Counted from the stretch's first letter, positions 41,286 to 50,684 are shown. The stretch: 62,542 bases of DNA from an uncultured Bifidobacteriaceae bacterium (GCA_964413165.1 CAYPSF010000004.1:1-62542); one strand, 5' to 3'. Program-made: numbers and translations. The notes: generated from the sequence alone by a model not told the origin.

Positions 41286-42325
41286 TCCACAACGCGTTTG
41301 CCCTTCTTCCGGTCATGATATTGCTCTTTGATCCACTTGTAAGTGGCGGCCAGCCCGTCGTCCAACGACGTTTTCGGCTCCCACTTGAGCGTCTTTTTGA
41401 TGAAAGTGTTGTCGCTGTTGCGGCCGGCCACACCGCGCGGCGCCGTCAGGTCGTAATGCCGCTTGAGTTTGACGCCCGCAATCTTTTCCACCTTGGAAAG
41501 CAGTTCGTTGATGGAGACGAGTTCGCTGGAACCGAGGTTGATCGGCGTCGCAATCAGGTCATCGCAATGCATGATCATGTCGATGCCCTTCACACAATCG
41601 TCGATGTACATGAAACTGCGCGTCGCCGTGCCGTCGCCCCAGATGGTGATGTTCATGTCCTGCTTGTCGATGGCGGCGATGACCTTGCGGCACAGGGCGG
41701 CGGGGGCTTTTTCGCGGCCGCCATCCCAGGTGCCGTGCGGGCCATAGACGTTGTGGAAGCGGGCGATGGCGGTTTTCATGCCGCGTTCAGCCCAGTATTC
41801 CTGGCAAAACATTTCGGAAACGAGCTTCTCCCAGCCGTAGCCGCGCTCGGCCATGGCCGGATAGGCGTCGGATTCCTTCAACGCGCGAACTTTCGGGTCC
41901 TGTTGCAGCAGAATATTGTAGGCGCACGCCGACGATGAATAAAAATAGCGGCGGACGCCCGCCTGATAGGCCGCCTCGACCATATGGGTGTTGATCAGGA
42001 TGCTGCGCAGGCACTCCACGCGGAACCGCTCGATGAAGCCCATGCCGCCCATGTCGGCGGCCAGCTGATACACCTCGACGGCGCCTTCACAAACGCGCCG
42101 GCAATTTTCCTCGTGGCTGACATCCAGGCAAATGGATTCGACCCCCGGCACCTTCAGATACCATTCATAAAGCGGTTTCTTGTCCACCGCCCGGATGCGG
42201 GTGAAGCCCTTGTTTTTGAAATACAGGGCCAGATTGCCGGCAATGAAGCCGCCGGCGCCGGTGATGACAATCAAATCGTCTTTTTGCAACTGGGGATCTT
42301 TTTCGATGAGCCGTTTCTTTTCCAT
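41282..42325 (-). CDS. GDP-mannose 3,5-epimerase-like NAD-dependent epimerase
   Basis: GAGGFIA, LAADMGGMGFI, YSSSACAY, GYGWEKL, GTWDGGREKAPAALCRK, GRNSDN. Confidence 0.88.
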   Translation of the reverse strand: MEKKRLIEKDPQLQKDDLIVITGAGGFIAGNLALYFKNKGFTRIRAVDKKPLYEWYLKVPGVESICLDVSHEENCRRVCEGAVEVYQLAADMGGMGFIERFRVECLRSILINTHMVEAAYQAGVRRYFYSSSACAYNILLQQDPKVRALKESDAYPAMAERGYGWEKLVSEMFCQEYWAERGMKTAIARFHNVYGPHGTWDGGREKAPAALCRKVIAAIDKQDMNITIWGDGTATRSFMYIDDCVKGIDMIMHCDDLIATPINLGSSELVSINELLSKVEKIAGVKLKRHYDLTAPRGVAGRNSDNTFIKKTLKWEPKTSLDDGLAATYKWIKEQYHDRKKGKRVVE

Positions 42326-42481
42326 ATTACCTTTCCATTTTAATCTGGTTCAAGATGTCTGCCGTCATTCGTTTTCAAAAACTGGTCGTTCATACTATCC
42401 GCCATCAGCCCCCGCTGCAATAGCGTTCCTCGCCAAAACCGCCGTATTTTCAGCCGATTTTGGACATTTCTGTCTTATTTC

Positions 42482-42510
42482 TTGACACAGTAATAGCGGT
42501 GAACTATTAG
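42482..42510 (+). promoter_or_regulatory. Sigma70-type promoter with an overlapping inverted repeat
   Basis: TTGACA-N17-TATTAG, with TAATAG-N7-CTATTA covering the spacer and -10. Confidence 0.5.
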
Positions 42511-42709
42511 TAAGCTTCCCCGCTATGCAGGGAGGAGAAAGTTTGATTAGTTGCCGGACGTAATGATGATGTCGATTTGGTGCTGGAGGAACGACTAAGC
42601 AATCATTCGTATGATTTGTTCGGGTCATTTATAAACAACTTATGACAGGCAAGAGTGGCGGGAATCAAACAGCCAATCACGGAAACAACAAGAAATACAT
42701 TTTGCGGCA

Positions 42710-43750
42710 ATGCTTTACAACAAACCTGTTTCTTTAATCTTTGCGATTCTGACTTCGGTTATCCTTGGGGGCAACGCCAGCCAGGCCGATACGGTTTACG
42801 TGTCCAACACCGGCGCGGGCACCATTTCGCGAATTGGTCCCAGTGGCGCCTCATCCATCTTTGCCAGCGGCCTGGACAGTCCCAAGGACCTGGTTTTCGA
42901 CGGTGCGGGCAATCTCTACGTTGCGGATTCCGGCGACGGAACCATTTTGAAATTCGACCTGGCTGGAAACATGTCCACCTTTGCCACCGGCTTGAACGGC
43001 CCTTCGGCGCTGGCTTTCGACCCGTTCGGCAACCTTTATGCCGGCAGCCAAGGTAGCCAGACGATCTCAAAAATCGATTCCAGCGGGCATGTCTCCAGCT
43101 TTGCCACGGGAATAAGCTTCTGTTCCGATGGCGCTTATCTGGCCGCAGACAACGCCGGGAATATCTTTGCCAACACCCTTCGCACCGTTGAACAATTTAA
43201 TTCCACCGGGACCCGGTCCACGCTGATGAGTTCTTTCAGTTCGGTCGAGGGGATGGCGGTTGACGTCGCCGGACATTTTTACCTGGCCTTGCAGAACGGA
43301 TGTAATATCCATGGCAATGGCGGTCTGTTGACCAGCATCGCCGACTATCCGGCTCCTTACGGCAGCAGCGGCGCTCCTCCGCCCGGCAGCATCGACACCC
43401 CCTGCGATCTTGTTTTTGACCTGGATGGCAATCTTTTTGCCACCTTTGCGAGCATGTACAATGACGGAATCGGCGGGCCGACCATGGATAACAACGTCCT
43501 GATCAGGTTCGGTGCCGACGGGCACAACAGTGTTGTCGCCACCGACATTGGCGGAACGTACATAGCTGTTATGGGGGGCGTTCAGTCCGTGCCGGAACCG
43601 GGAATTTGGGCGTTGGCCGGTGGGATGGCGGCCATCCTGATTGTCCGGAAACGGCTGATGGGTCTGCTTCACCCGGGGCTGGTGCTTGAATCTATTCCGA
43701 CCTGCGTCCAAAACTCTGAACGTCGCCGCAAAACCTGCCTCCGTTCTTGA
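42710..43750 (+). CDS. NHL/SMP-30-like beta-propeller protein with a PEP-CTERM signal
   Basis: Signal peptide, repeats FDGAGNLYVAD and FDPFGNLYAG, then VPEP-GIWALAGGMAAILIV-RKR. Confidence 0.85.
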   Translation: MLYNKPVSLIFAILTSVILGGNASQADTVYVSNTGAGTISRIGPSGASSIFASGLDSPKDLVFDGAGNLYVADSGDGTILKFDLAGNMSTFATGLNGPSALAFDPFGNLYAGSQGSQTISKIDSSGHVSSFATGISFCSDGAYLAADNAGNIFANTLRTVEQFNSTGTRSTLMSSFSSVEGMAVDVAGHFYLALQNGCNIHGNGGLLTSIADYPAPYGSSGAPPPGSIDTPCDLVFDLDGNLFATFASMYNDGIGGPTMDNNVLIRFGADGHNSVVATDIGGTYIAVMGGVQSVPEPGIWALAGGMAAILIVRKRLMGLLHPGLVLESIPTCVQNSERRRKTCLRS

Positions 43751-43802
43751 CTCTCCAATCGCAATTGCCAGACTGTTTGAACCAGTCAGGATGGTTTCCG
43801 GT

Positions 43803-43894
43803 GGAGAGATGGCCGAGTGGCTGAAGGCGACGGTTTGCTAAACCGTTATACGGGTTAAACCGTATCGGGGGTTCGAATCCCCCTCTCTCCGCCA
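43803..43894 (+). tRNA. tRNA-Ser(GCT)
   Basis: GGAGAGATGGCCGAGTGG, anticodon arm ACGGT-TTGCTAA-ACCGT, long variable arm, GGTTCGAATCC, encoded CCA. Confidence 0.97.
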
Positions 43895-43945
43895 TCCCGT
43901 TTTTTTGGATTTTAGCTTCCCGCGGCCTGAAAGCACTTTGTGGAA

Positions 43946-43974
43946 TTGACATCGGCCGCCTGCATCCCTAGCCT
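43946..43974 (+). promoter_or_regulatory. Sigma70-type promoter of purA
   Basis: TTGACA-N17-TAGCCT. Confidence 0.75.
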
Positions 43975-43980
43975 CTTTTT

Positions 43981-44026
43981 GCAAAGACACGCGCTTTGCC
44001 CCGAATTCACGTTCGGGGATTTTTGT
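43981..44026 (+). promoter_or_regulatory. Two-hairpin leader with a terminator-like structure upstream of purA
   Basis: GCAAAG-N7-CTTTGC, then CCCGAA-N6-TTCGGG-GATTTTTGTT. Confidence 0.5.
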
Positions 44027-44041
44027 TGCCGCGGGCGACAC

Positions 44042-44112
44042 GTTAAATCGTTGAACCGCTCCATGGTTGAACCGGCGGGCGATTTAACGGTTAAACGATT
44101 TGACGGTTCAAC
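44042..44112. repeat. Octamer-array inverted repeat, copy 4
   Basis: GTTAAATC GTTGAACC GCTCCATG GTTGAACC - 7 nt - GATTTAAC GGTTAAAC GATTTGAC GGTTCAAC. Confidence 0.85.
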
Positions 44113-44120
44113 GAACAAAT

Positions 44121-45389
44121 ATGGCAAATACAATTCTGGTTGGCGCCCAGTGGGGCGACGAAGGCAAAGGAAAAATCATCGACGTGCTGACGGAAGACGC
44201 GGACATTGTCGTCCGCTACGCCGGCGGCAACAACGCCGGGCATACCGTTTTCATCGGCAAGCAAAAATACGTCCTGCACCTCGTGCCGTCAGGCATCCTG
44301 CGCAAAAGCAAATTGTGCGTCATCGGCAACGGCGTGGTCATCGATCCCGTCGGCCTCGTCAGCGAAATCGAGGGGCTCCGCAAGCTCGGCGTCAAGATCA
44401 GCCACAACCTGGTCGTGAGCGAGACCGCGCACGTCGTTCTGCCGTATCATCGCGAGCTGGACGCGCAGCGGGAGGTGCTCAAGGGCAAAAACAAGATCGG
44501 CACCACCAAGCGCGGCATCGGGCCGGCCTATGGCGACAAGGCGGCGCGGGTCGGGTTGCGGATGATCGACCTGGTAAACCCGGCGCGGTTCGAGGAAAAG
44601 CTGCGGCTGCGGATCAAGGAAAACAACGAGGTGCTGCGCGCGCTCGGCGCCAAACCGCTCTCGTTCAAGCAGGTCCTGGCCGAATACCGGGCGGCCGGCA
44701 AATACCTGAAGCCATTCACCGCCAACACGGTCGTACTGCTGCACCAGGCCACGCGACGGGGTGACAATATTCTGTTCGAGGGCGCTCAAGGCACATTCCT
44801 CGACATCGACCACGGCACGTACCCGTTCGTCACGTCATCGAACACGACCGCCGGCGGCGCGTCCACGGGTTCCGGTGTGGCGCCCAATAAGATGGACGAC
44901 GTGGTCGGCGTGATGAAGGCGTACACGACGCGGGTGGGGGAGGGGCCGTTGCCGACGGAGGATGCTGTGGTTGCGGACATGTTGCACGCGATGGGGCGCG
45001 AATTCGGCGCCACGACCGGGCGGGCGCGGCGTTGCGGCTGGTTTGACAGCGTGGCGACGCGGCACGCGACCATGGTCAATGGCATTGACGAGCTCGCGGT
45101 CACCAATCTCGACGGCCTGGACACGGTGGAGACCATCAAGGTCTGTGTTGCGTATCGCCACGGCCGGGCGCGTTACGATTTTGTTCCCAACGATGCCCAG
45201 ACACTGGCGGAATGCGAACCCGTGTACGCGGAATTCTCCGGCTGGCGCGCGCCCACCGACAAGGCGCGGACGTGGAAGCAACTGCCGCCAAAGGCCCGCG
45301 CGTATTTGAAGGCGATTGCCGAATTGACCGGGGCCAAACTGGCCATCGCCTCGGTCGGCCCGAGTCGCGACCAGACGATTTTTGTCTAA
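44121..45389 (+). CDS. purA: Adenylosuccinate synthetase
   Basis: QWGDEGKGK, GGNNAGHT, EGAQGTFLDIDHGTYPFVTSS, GATTGRARRCGW. Confidence 0.97.
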   Translation: MANTILVGAQWGDEGKGKIIDVLTEDADIVVRYAGGNNAGHTVFIGKQKYVLHLVPSGILRKSKLCVIGNGVVIDPVGLVSEIEGLRKLGVKISHNLVVSETAHVVLPYHRELDAQREVLKGKNKIGTTKRGIGPAYGDKAARVGLRMIDLVNPARFEEKLRLRIKENNEVLRALGAKPLSFKQVLAEYRAAGKYLKPFTANTVVLLHQATRRGDNILFEGAQGTFLDIDHGTYPFVTSSNTTAGGASTGSGVAPNKMDDVVGVMKAYTTRVGEGPLPTEDAVVADMLHAMGREFGATTGRARRCGWFDSVATRHATMVNGIDELAVTNLDGLDTVETIKVCVAYRHGRARYDFVPNDAQTLAECEPVYAEFSGWRAPTDKARTWKQLPPKARAYLKAIAELTGAKLAIASVGPSRDQTIFV

Positions 45390-45400
45390 CGCTAGAGTCC

Positions 45401-45469
45401 CCGCAGATATCGCGGATTAACGCGATTTTTTTGCAGTTTTGAAATCGGCACAATCGGCATAATCTGCGG
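45401..45469. repeat. Inverted element built from about 9-bp tandem units (CCGCAGAT...ATCTGCGG)
   Basis: CCGCAGAT ATCGCGGAT TAACGCGAT ... ATCGGCACA ATCGGCATA ATCTGCGG between purA and uppS. Confidence 0.65.
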
Positions 45470-45477
45470 ATCGAACA

Positions 45478-46215
45478 ATGAGTCCCGCACCTCTAAATCT
45501 GAGCGCCGAGGCCAAAGCGTCGCTGCCGCAGCACGTTGCGGTGATCATGGACGGCAACGGCCGTTGGGCCAAGCAGCGCAGCCTGCCGCGCATCGAGGGT
45601 CACCGGCAGGGGGCGGAGTCGGCGCGCATCATCATCCGTACCTCGGGCGAACTGGGGATTAAATATCTCACGCTTTACGCCTTTTCCGCCGAGAACTGGA
45701 ACCGGCCGAAGGACGAGGTGGATGCGCTGATGAAGTATCTCATCCACTATCTCAAGAGCGAGACGCCGGAGTTGAACAAGAACAACGTGCGGCTGGAAGT
45801 CATTGGCCAGATCTATCGCCTGCCGGAAAATGTGCAGGAGCACCTCCGCAAATCCATGGCCACCCTGGCCAAAAACAACGGCCTGACGCTGGTCATGGCC
45901 TTGAGTTACGGCAGCCGCATTGAAATCGTGGATGCCGTGCGGGGCATCGCTGAGAAGGTGAAGCGGGGCAAGCTCGATCCGGCGGACATCACCGAACAGG
46001 TTTTCGCCCAGCATTTGTACACGCGGAATATTCCGGACCCGGACCTGTTGATTCGCACGAGCGGCGAGATGCGGGTGAGCAATTTCCTGTTATGGCAGAT
46101 TTCCTATGCCGAACTGGTCATCACCCCCACACTCTGGCCGGACTTTCGCAAGCCGCAATTCTTTGCCGCGCTGGAGGAATATGCGCGCCGGCATCGCCGG
46201 TTTGGCGGCGTCTAG
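45478..46215 (+). CDS. uppS: Undecaprenyl diphosphate synthase
   Basis: HVAVIMDGNGRW, YAFSAENWNRP, DPDLLIRTSGEMRVSNFLLWQ. Confidence 0.96.
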   Translation: MSPAPLNLSAEAKASLPQHVAVIMDGNGRWAKQRSLPRIEGHRQGAESARIIIRTSGELGIKYLTLYAFSAENWNRPKDEVDALMKYLIHYLKSETPELNKNNVRLEVIGQIYRLPENVQEHLRKSMATLAKNNGLTLVMALSYGSRIEIVDAVRGIAEKVKRGKLDPADITEQVFAQHLYTRNIPDPDLLIRTSGEMRVSNFLLWQISYAELVITPTLWPDFRKPQFFAALEEYARRHRRFGGV

Positions 46216-46240
46216 GTGGACTCTCCTGCGGCGTGGAAAT

Positions 46241-46690
46241 TTACGCGGCAGCCGGCAATTCATTGGCCACGCTTTCACCAAGCGCGACGCGAATGGAGGA
46301 CAGCAATGCAAGATGATCAATCGGCTTGGCGAAGAAGGCCACCGCCCCGGCGTCCAGGGCGCGTTGATGGTCTTTCTTCAGGTGGTTCGCCGAGATGATG
46401 ATAATCGGGATGTTCTCCGCTTCACCCATGCGGCGGAGCCATTCCATGATAAAAAAGCCGTCCTGCAACGCCCCGCCCACATTCATCGCGTCCGGGGGGA
46501 ACTGGAGGTCCAGCAGGATCAAATCCGGTTTTTTCCCGGAAACGAAACTGGCGGCTCCCGGACCATCGGTGGTTGTGAATACCTGATAACCCACATTGGT
46601 GAGCACCATGGACAACGTCCTCAAAATGACCTTGTCGTCATCCACAACCAGGATCTTTCTGGCATTTGGTTTGGTCATGTTTTCATTCAT
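46241..46690 (-). CDS. Single-domain response regulator
   Basis: ILVVDDD, PDLILLD, IIIISA, FFAKP. Confidence 0.9.
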   Translation of the reverse strand: MNENMTKPNARKILVVDDDKVILRTLSMVLTNVGYQVFTTTDGPGAASFVSGKKPDLILLDLQFPPDAMNVGGALQDGFFIMEWLRRMGEAENIPIIIISANHLKKDHQRALDAGAVAFFAKPIDHLALLSSIRVALGESVANELPAAA

Positions 46691-46872
46691 GACTTTTATT
46701 TGTTGACCAACCTGAATTAACATACCTTCTGTTATTGAAAAATCAACCTGGAATTCATCCCTAAGCAGGTCAATTTCAGGTCTTTGGCGGGAAAACGAGA
46801 AGCGAAGTTGCGGATTTCCCCAGTAAACGGGCCGGTTTGATTTCGCGGGTGAAACGCCGACCCGGCCGAAAT

Positions 46873-47322
46873 TCAGGCTGGTTTCGGCTTCTGACCGGCG
46901 CCCGCTCCGCCCAGCACCCTGGCAATAGCGGCCAGCAAGGCGGTGGTATCAATCGGTTTGGTAAAGAAGTCCACCGCTCCTGCGTCCATGGACCGTTGTT
47001 TGTCTTTCGTCGAGTTGTCCCCGGAAATGACGATGATGGGAATGCCCTCCGCTTCGCCCATGCGGCGGAGCCACTGAATGATGAAAAATCCGTCCTGCAA
47101 CGCCCCGCCTACGTTTGCCGCATCGACCGGGAAAACAATATCCAGCAGGATCAAATCTGGCTTTTCCCGGGTAACGACGCGGACGGCTTCGGGGCCGTCG
47201 GCTGCCAGATAAACGTAATAGCCATTGGAACTCAGGGTAATGGACAACGTTCTCAGAATGACTTCATCGTCATCCACCACCAAAATCTTTTTGGCATTTG
47301 GTGGGGTCGTGGGCTCGCTCAT
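46873..47322 (-). CDS. Single-domain response regulator (paralog of the neighbour)
   Basis: ILVVDDD, PDLILLD, IIVISG, FFTKP. Confidence 0.9.
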   Translation of the reverse strand: MSEPTTPPNAKKILVVDDDEVILRTLSITLSSNGYYVYLAADGPEAVRVVTREKPDLILLDIVFPVDAANVGGALQDGFFIIQWLRRMGEAEGIPIIVISGDNSTKDKQRSMDAGAVDFFTKPIDTTALLAAIARVLGGAGAGQKPKPA

Positions 47323-47448
47323 AAATATCGCGGAATGGACAAACTTATGGCCAAGCCGTTCTTTACGCAACAGGAAATCAACTGCATTTTTATCGCCGGT
47401 TTCGGTGATGTTGCCGGGCGCGGTTGAAATCCGGCCCGGTCAGGGGGT

Positions 47449-49911
47449 TTAGTCGTCACTGGGATTGGCAGCCGCCGAGAGATTTTTTCCGTCCTGGAAA
47501 TGGATTTCCCGCAGCACCCGGCCATCGATGTCCCAATCGGTTGTCAGTCCCTGCGCCCAGCTGTCCCGCCAGTGCGATTCGGACTTCTTCTTTCCATTGG
47601 GCCAGTAAGTGGTCCAGACCATTTCGCCGTCCGGTTGGTAGTCACGCGTCCACTGCTTCGAGCCGTCCCGGCGGAAGTATGCCTCGTGGCTGATTTTCTT
47701 CCCGTTCTCGCGGGTCACGACATATTGCTGGTCGCCATTTTCATAGCACCAGGTTTCCTTGCCCTGCAGCACGGGTGTTCCGTTCGCCGCCCTGAACCAG
47801 CTCCAGTCTAACCGGGTCCGGCCATTCGGCCATTTTTCCGTTTCCCGGATGATTTTTTTGCCCTTGGATTCGGTCACCTGACTGGCTTCGCCGGTTTCCG
47901 GGGAGAGGATCCACGCTTCGTTCATCGCGAAGTGCATCGAGGGTCTGCCTTTGCTGGTCATCAGATGAACCAGCCCATCCGGCGTCTGCACGGCATCACA
48001 ATAGCCCAGCGTGCCGTACCCATGTTGCGGTTTGCCGTTTCCCGGCGGCGGCTTGCCCGTCCAGCCGTTGTGTGGGGTCGCCAGCGCCAGGCGCTTGATG
48101 GTCCAGGTCTGGCCTTCATCGCTCGAAAGCGCCACATAAGAGCCGCGTTCCGTGATATCGGCCGGCGGCGGTGAGCTGATCAGCCGGATGTTCTGGAAAT
48201 CACCGGCAAAGAAGAGTTTGCCGTCCGCCAGCCGGAGGATTTTGGGTCGTTGATTGCTGCCCAGAGCTGCGAACGGTGTTTTTTCCGAAGCGCTCCAGGT
48301 GCGGCCGAAATCCGACGAGTAGCTTTTGGGCATGTATCCCTCCACTGAGCTGTCCTTGCCCCCCATGCCGAGGATGCGGCCATCCTTGAGCAGCACAAAA
48401 GTCGTGTGTCGTCCGCCCGTCCGGCCGCCAGTGTCCTGCCACGTTTTTCCCCCGTCCTTGCTGGCCCAGAGCAGACTCTTTGCACCCCGGGAATCAGTGG
48501 CCACGTAGATGGTACCGTCCGGTCCGCGGAAGGCGCTGGTGATGGGCTGGGCGGTGAAGGAACCGGTCGCACCGCTAACCACCGCCGGCTGCAATTCGCT
48601 CCACGTTGCGCCGCTGTCCGTGCTGATAGTGAACCGGAAGGGGACCTGCCCCAGGTCCCGGCCGCCGCCGAAGAACCAGATCGTCCCGTTGTCGTTCCAG
48701 AGGAGCCCGCTCTGGTCGTTCAGGCCGGAAAGTTTGTAAAACAATTCGGGCAGGTCCCATTGCTCCGCTCCGCGCCGGAGCCGCGTTACCACCATGCACG
48801 TGTTGGGCGCCGATTCGCTCTTGCCCGGGCTGGATGAAAATGAGATTGCCAGCAAATCACCGTTCGGTGCATAGGTAATGCCGCCGCTGTGGACCTTACC
48901 CTGTACCGCCCGGCTGTAGCCAACCGCCGCACAATCTTCGGCGCTTGTAAAGTCCGGCGGGCTGGGGATGATAACGCGTGCCTTGAAATAAGGCTTTTGC
49001 GCATCCGGCCCGGCCGACCAGTCCGCAGGTTGCTGTTTCACTCCCTGCAACGGCAATTCCGGCGTCCAGGGCAGCGGCGGGGTCTTCGGCCAATCGCCTT
49101 CCACCACCCGAAAACCGACGAACTGGCAGATGTGGTTCGTATCGTACGGCGGCGTGTCGGGCATCAGGCTGCAGCGGTTCGCGCTCCGGCGCCACACCGG
49201 CGCGGGGTCCGGCTGGACGTCCTCGCTGCCACCGGCATTTTTCACTGTCACTGATCGCACCGCGCCGCCCCGGACGACTTTTGCCCAGCCGGCGGCATAG
49301 CCGACCGGATCGGTTTGTTCCGTTGCGGGATATTCGCCGTGCCAGTCATAGCACCATTCGGCCGGGCCGGACTGCATGTCTTTCAAACCCCAGGGGTTCA
49401 CGTCATCCTTTGGCGGCCGGTCGCCGCTCCAGAAAATTGTTTTTGTGCCGGCGCGGCAGGCATACTCCCATTCCGCCTCGGTCGGCAGGCGATAGGTTTT
49501 GCCTTCCCGGACGCTTAACCATTTGCAAAACGCCATCGCCTCGGCCCAACTCACGCCGGTGGCATAGGGCGCGAAGGCGCCGGTCGGCTGGAAATCCGGC
49601 CGGAATTGCCGGAATTGTTCCGTGGTCACCTCCTGTTCGCTCATGCGGAATCCGTGGGTGAGGGTTACTTTATGCCGCGGGATTTCGTCCCAGGCCGGCC
49701 CGTCCTTGGATTCAGCGGTTTTCGGCCCGAGGTCGAATTCATTTGTCTCGGCACCCATCACAAACGAGCCCGGGACAACGGCCACCAGCTTCATGCCGAG
49801 ACCGTTCACCGAACTTACCGCGTTGCGGTCGGCAGCCCCGCTGTTTTGGACCAGGAAACTGGAAAGGAAGGTCAGACCACTGAAAAAGAATCCACGGAAG
49901 CGGTGTTTCAT
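47449..49911 (-). CDS. Secreted FGE-sulfatase (SUMF1-like) domain + BNR/sialidase-like propeller + MORN-variant repeats
   Basis: YRLPTEAEWEYACRAG, Asp-boxes STDSGATW, SKDGGKTW, SSDFGRTW and SSDEGQTW, then EKWPNG, YENG and YWPNGKKKSE repeats. Confidence 0.85.
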   Translation of the reverse strand: MKHRFRGFFFSGLTFLSSFLVQNSGAADRNAVSSVNGLGMKLVAVVPGSFVMGAETNEFDLGPKTAESKDGPAWDEIPRHKVTLTHGFRMSEQEVTTEQFRQFRPDFQPTGAFAPYATGVSWAEAMAFCKWLSVREGKTYRLPTEAEWEYACRAGTKTIFWSGDRPPKDDVNPWGLKDMQSGPAEWCYDWHGEYPATEQTDPVGYAAGWAKVVRGGAVRSVTVKNAGGSEDVQPDPAPVWRRSANRCSLMPDTPPYDTNHICQFVGFRVVEGDWPKTPPLPWTPELPLQGVKQQPADWSAGPDAQKPYFKARVIIPSPPDFTSAEDCAAVGYSRAVQGKVHSGGITYAPNGDLLAISFSSSPGKSESAPNTCMVVTRLRRGAEQWDLPELFYKLSGLNDQSGLLWNDNGTIWFFGGGRDLGQVPFRFTISTDSGATWSELQPAVVSGATGSFTAQPITSAFRGPDGTIYVATDSRGAKSLLWASKDGGKTWQDTGGRTGGRHTTFVLLKDGRILGMGGKDSSVEGYMPKSYSSDFGRTWSASEKTPFAALGSNQRPKILRLADGKLFFAGDFQNIRLISSPPPADITERGSYVALSSDEGQTWTIKRLALATPHNGWTGKPPPGNGKPQHGYGTLGYCDAVQTPDGLVHLMTSKGRPSMHFAMNEAWILSPETGEASQVTESKGKKIIRETEKWPNGRTRLDWSWFRAANGTPVLQGKETWCYENGDQQYVVTRENGKKISHEAYFRRDGSKQWTRDYQPDGEMVWTTYWPNGKKKSESHWRDSWAQGLTTDWDIDGRVLREIHFQDGKNLSAAANPSDD

Positions 49912-49976
49912 TTTGAATTAAGACGTTGGAAAAATGTTCTGGTTACGGGTGACAACGAAGGGGCGGGGGGGTGGCT

Positions 49977-50657
49977 TCAAACGCAAAGGACGGTCAGCTT
50001 TTTCGGGCCGTGCGCGCCGAGCACGAGGATGCGTTCGATGTCGCCGGTGCGGCTCGGGCCGGTGATGAATGAAATCATGCTCGGATAATCGCTGCCGTAT
50101 TCCGCTTTCAACAAATCAAACGCAGCAGGCAAATCGGCCACGAGCTGATCGCGCCGGGCCAGCACCACATGATGCGGCGGCAATATGGACAGGGCGCGTC
50201 CGCCCGCGCTGCGGCTCGTCAGCAGCACACTGCCGGTCTGCGCGATGAGCGCATCGCATTCGCTGATGCCCACGTCGCACTGCTCCAACTCGCGAACGTC
50301 ATAAGCTTTGTCGGTCTTGAACATCTGGATGCCCAGCGCCGGGCAGATGGCGTCCGGCAACATGCCGGAGTGACAGGCGGCACGTTTCCAGCCTTCGGCG
50401 TCACGCAACCGGAGCAGCATCTGCCGCATTTCATCGCTGGAACTCATCAGGTGAAATTCAAACTTCAAATCGACGGCGTTTTTGCTGAACCGTTCCACCC
50501 AATCCTTGAAATCATGACCGACCGGCGGCAGCCAGTGATGCGCGCCGGCCACCGGTGGCTCCGGCAGCGGGTCGTCGCCATCAGGCATCGCGGGTCGAAG
50601 CGTTTTTATTTTCAGCGCTTCGCGCACCCGGCCCAGAATATTTTCGCGTTCAGTCAT
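49977..50657 (-). CDS. lutC: Lactate utilisation protein C (LUD domain)
   Basis: IAQTGSVL, LSILPPHHVV, ITGPSRTGDIERILVLGAHGP. Confidence 0.88.
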   Translation of the reverse strand: MTERENILGRVREALKIKTLRPAMPDGDDPLPEPPVAGAHHWLPPVGHDFKDWVERFSKNAVDLKFEFHLMSSSDEMRQMLLRLRDAEGWKRAACHSGMLPDAICPALGIQMFKTDKAYDVRELEQCDVGISECDALIAQTGSVLLTSRSAGGRALSILPPHHVVLARRDQLVADLPAAFDLLKAEYGSDYPSMISFITGPSRTGDIERILVLGAHGPKKLTVLCV

Positions 50658-50684
50658 TGGATCCGCCGCATCGCGGCCAGGGGT

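Noticed and set aside
47449-47830. YwqK-like antitoxin or toxin-antitoxin module
   Set aside because: The MORN-variant repeats are the tail of a secreted multidomain protein and no toxin gene is adjacent.
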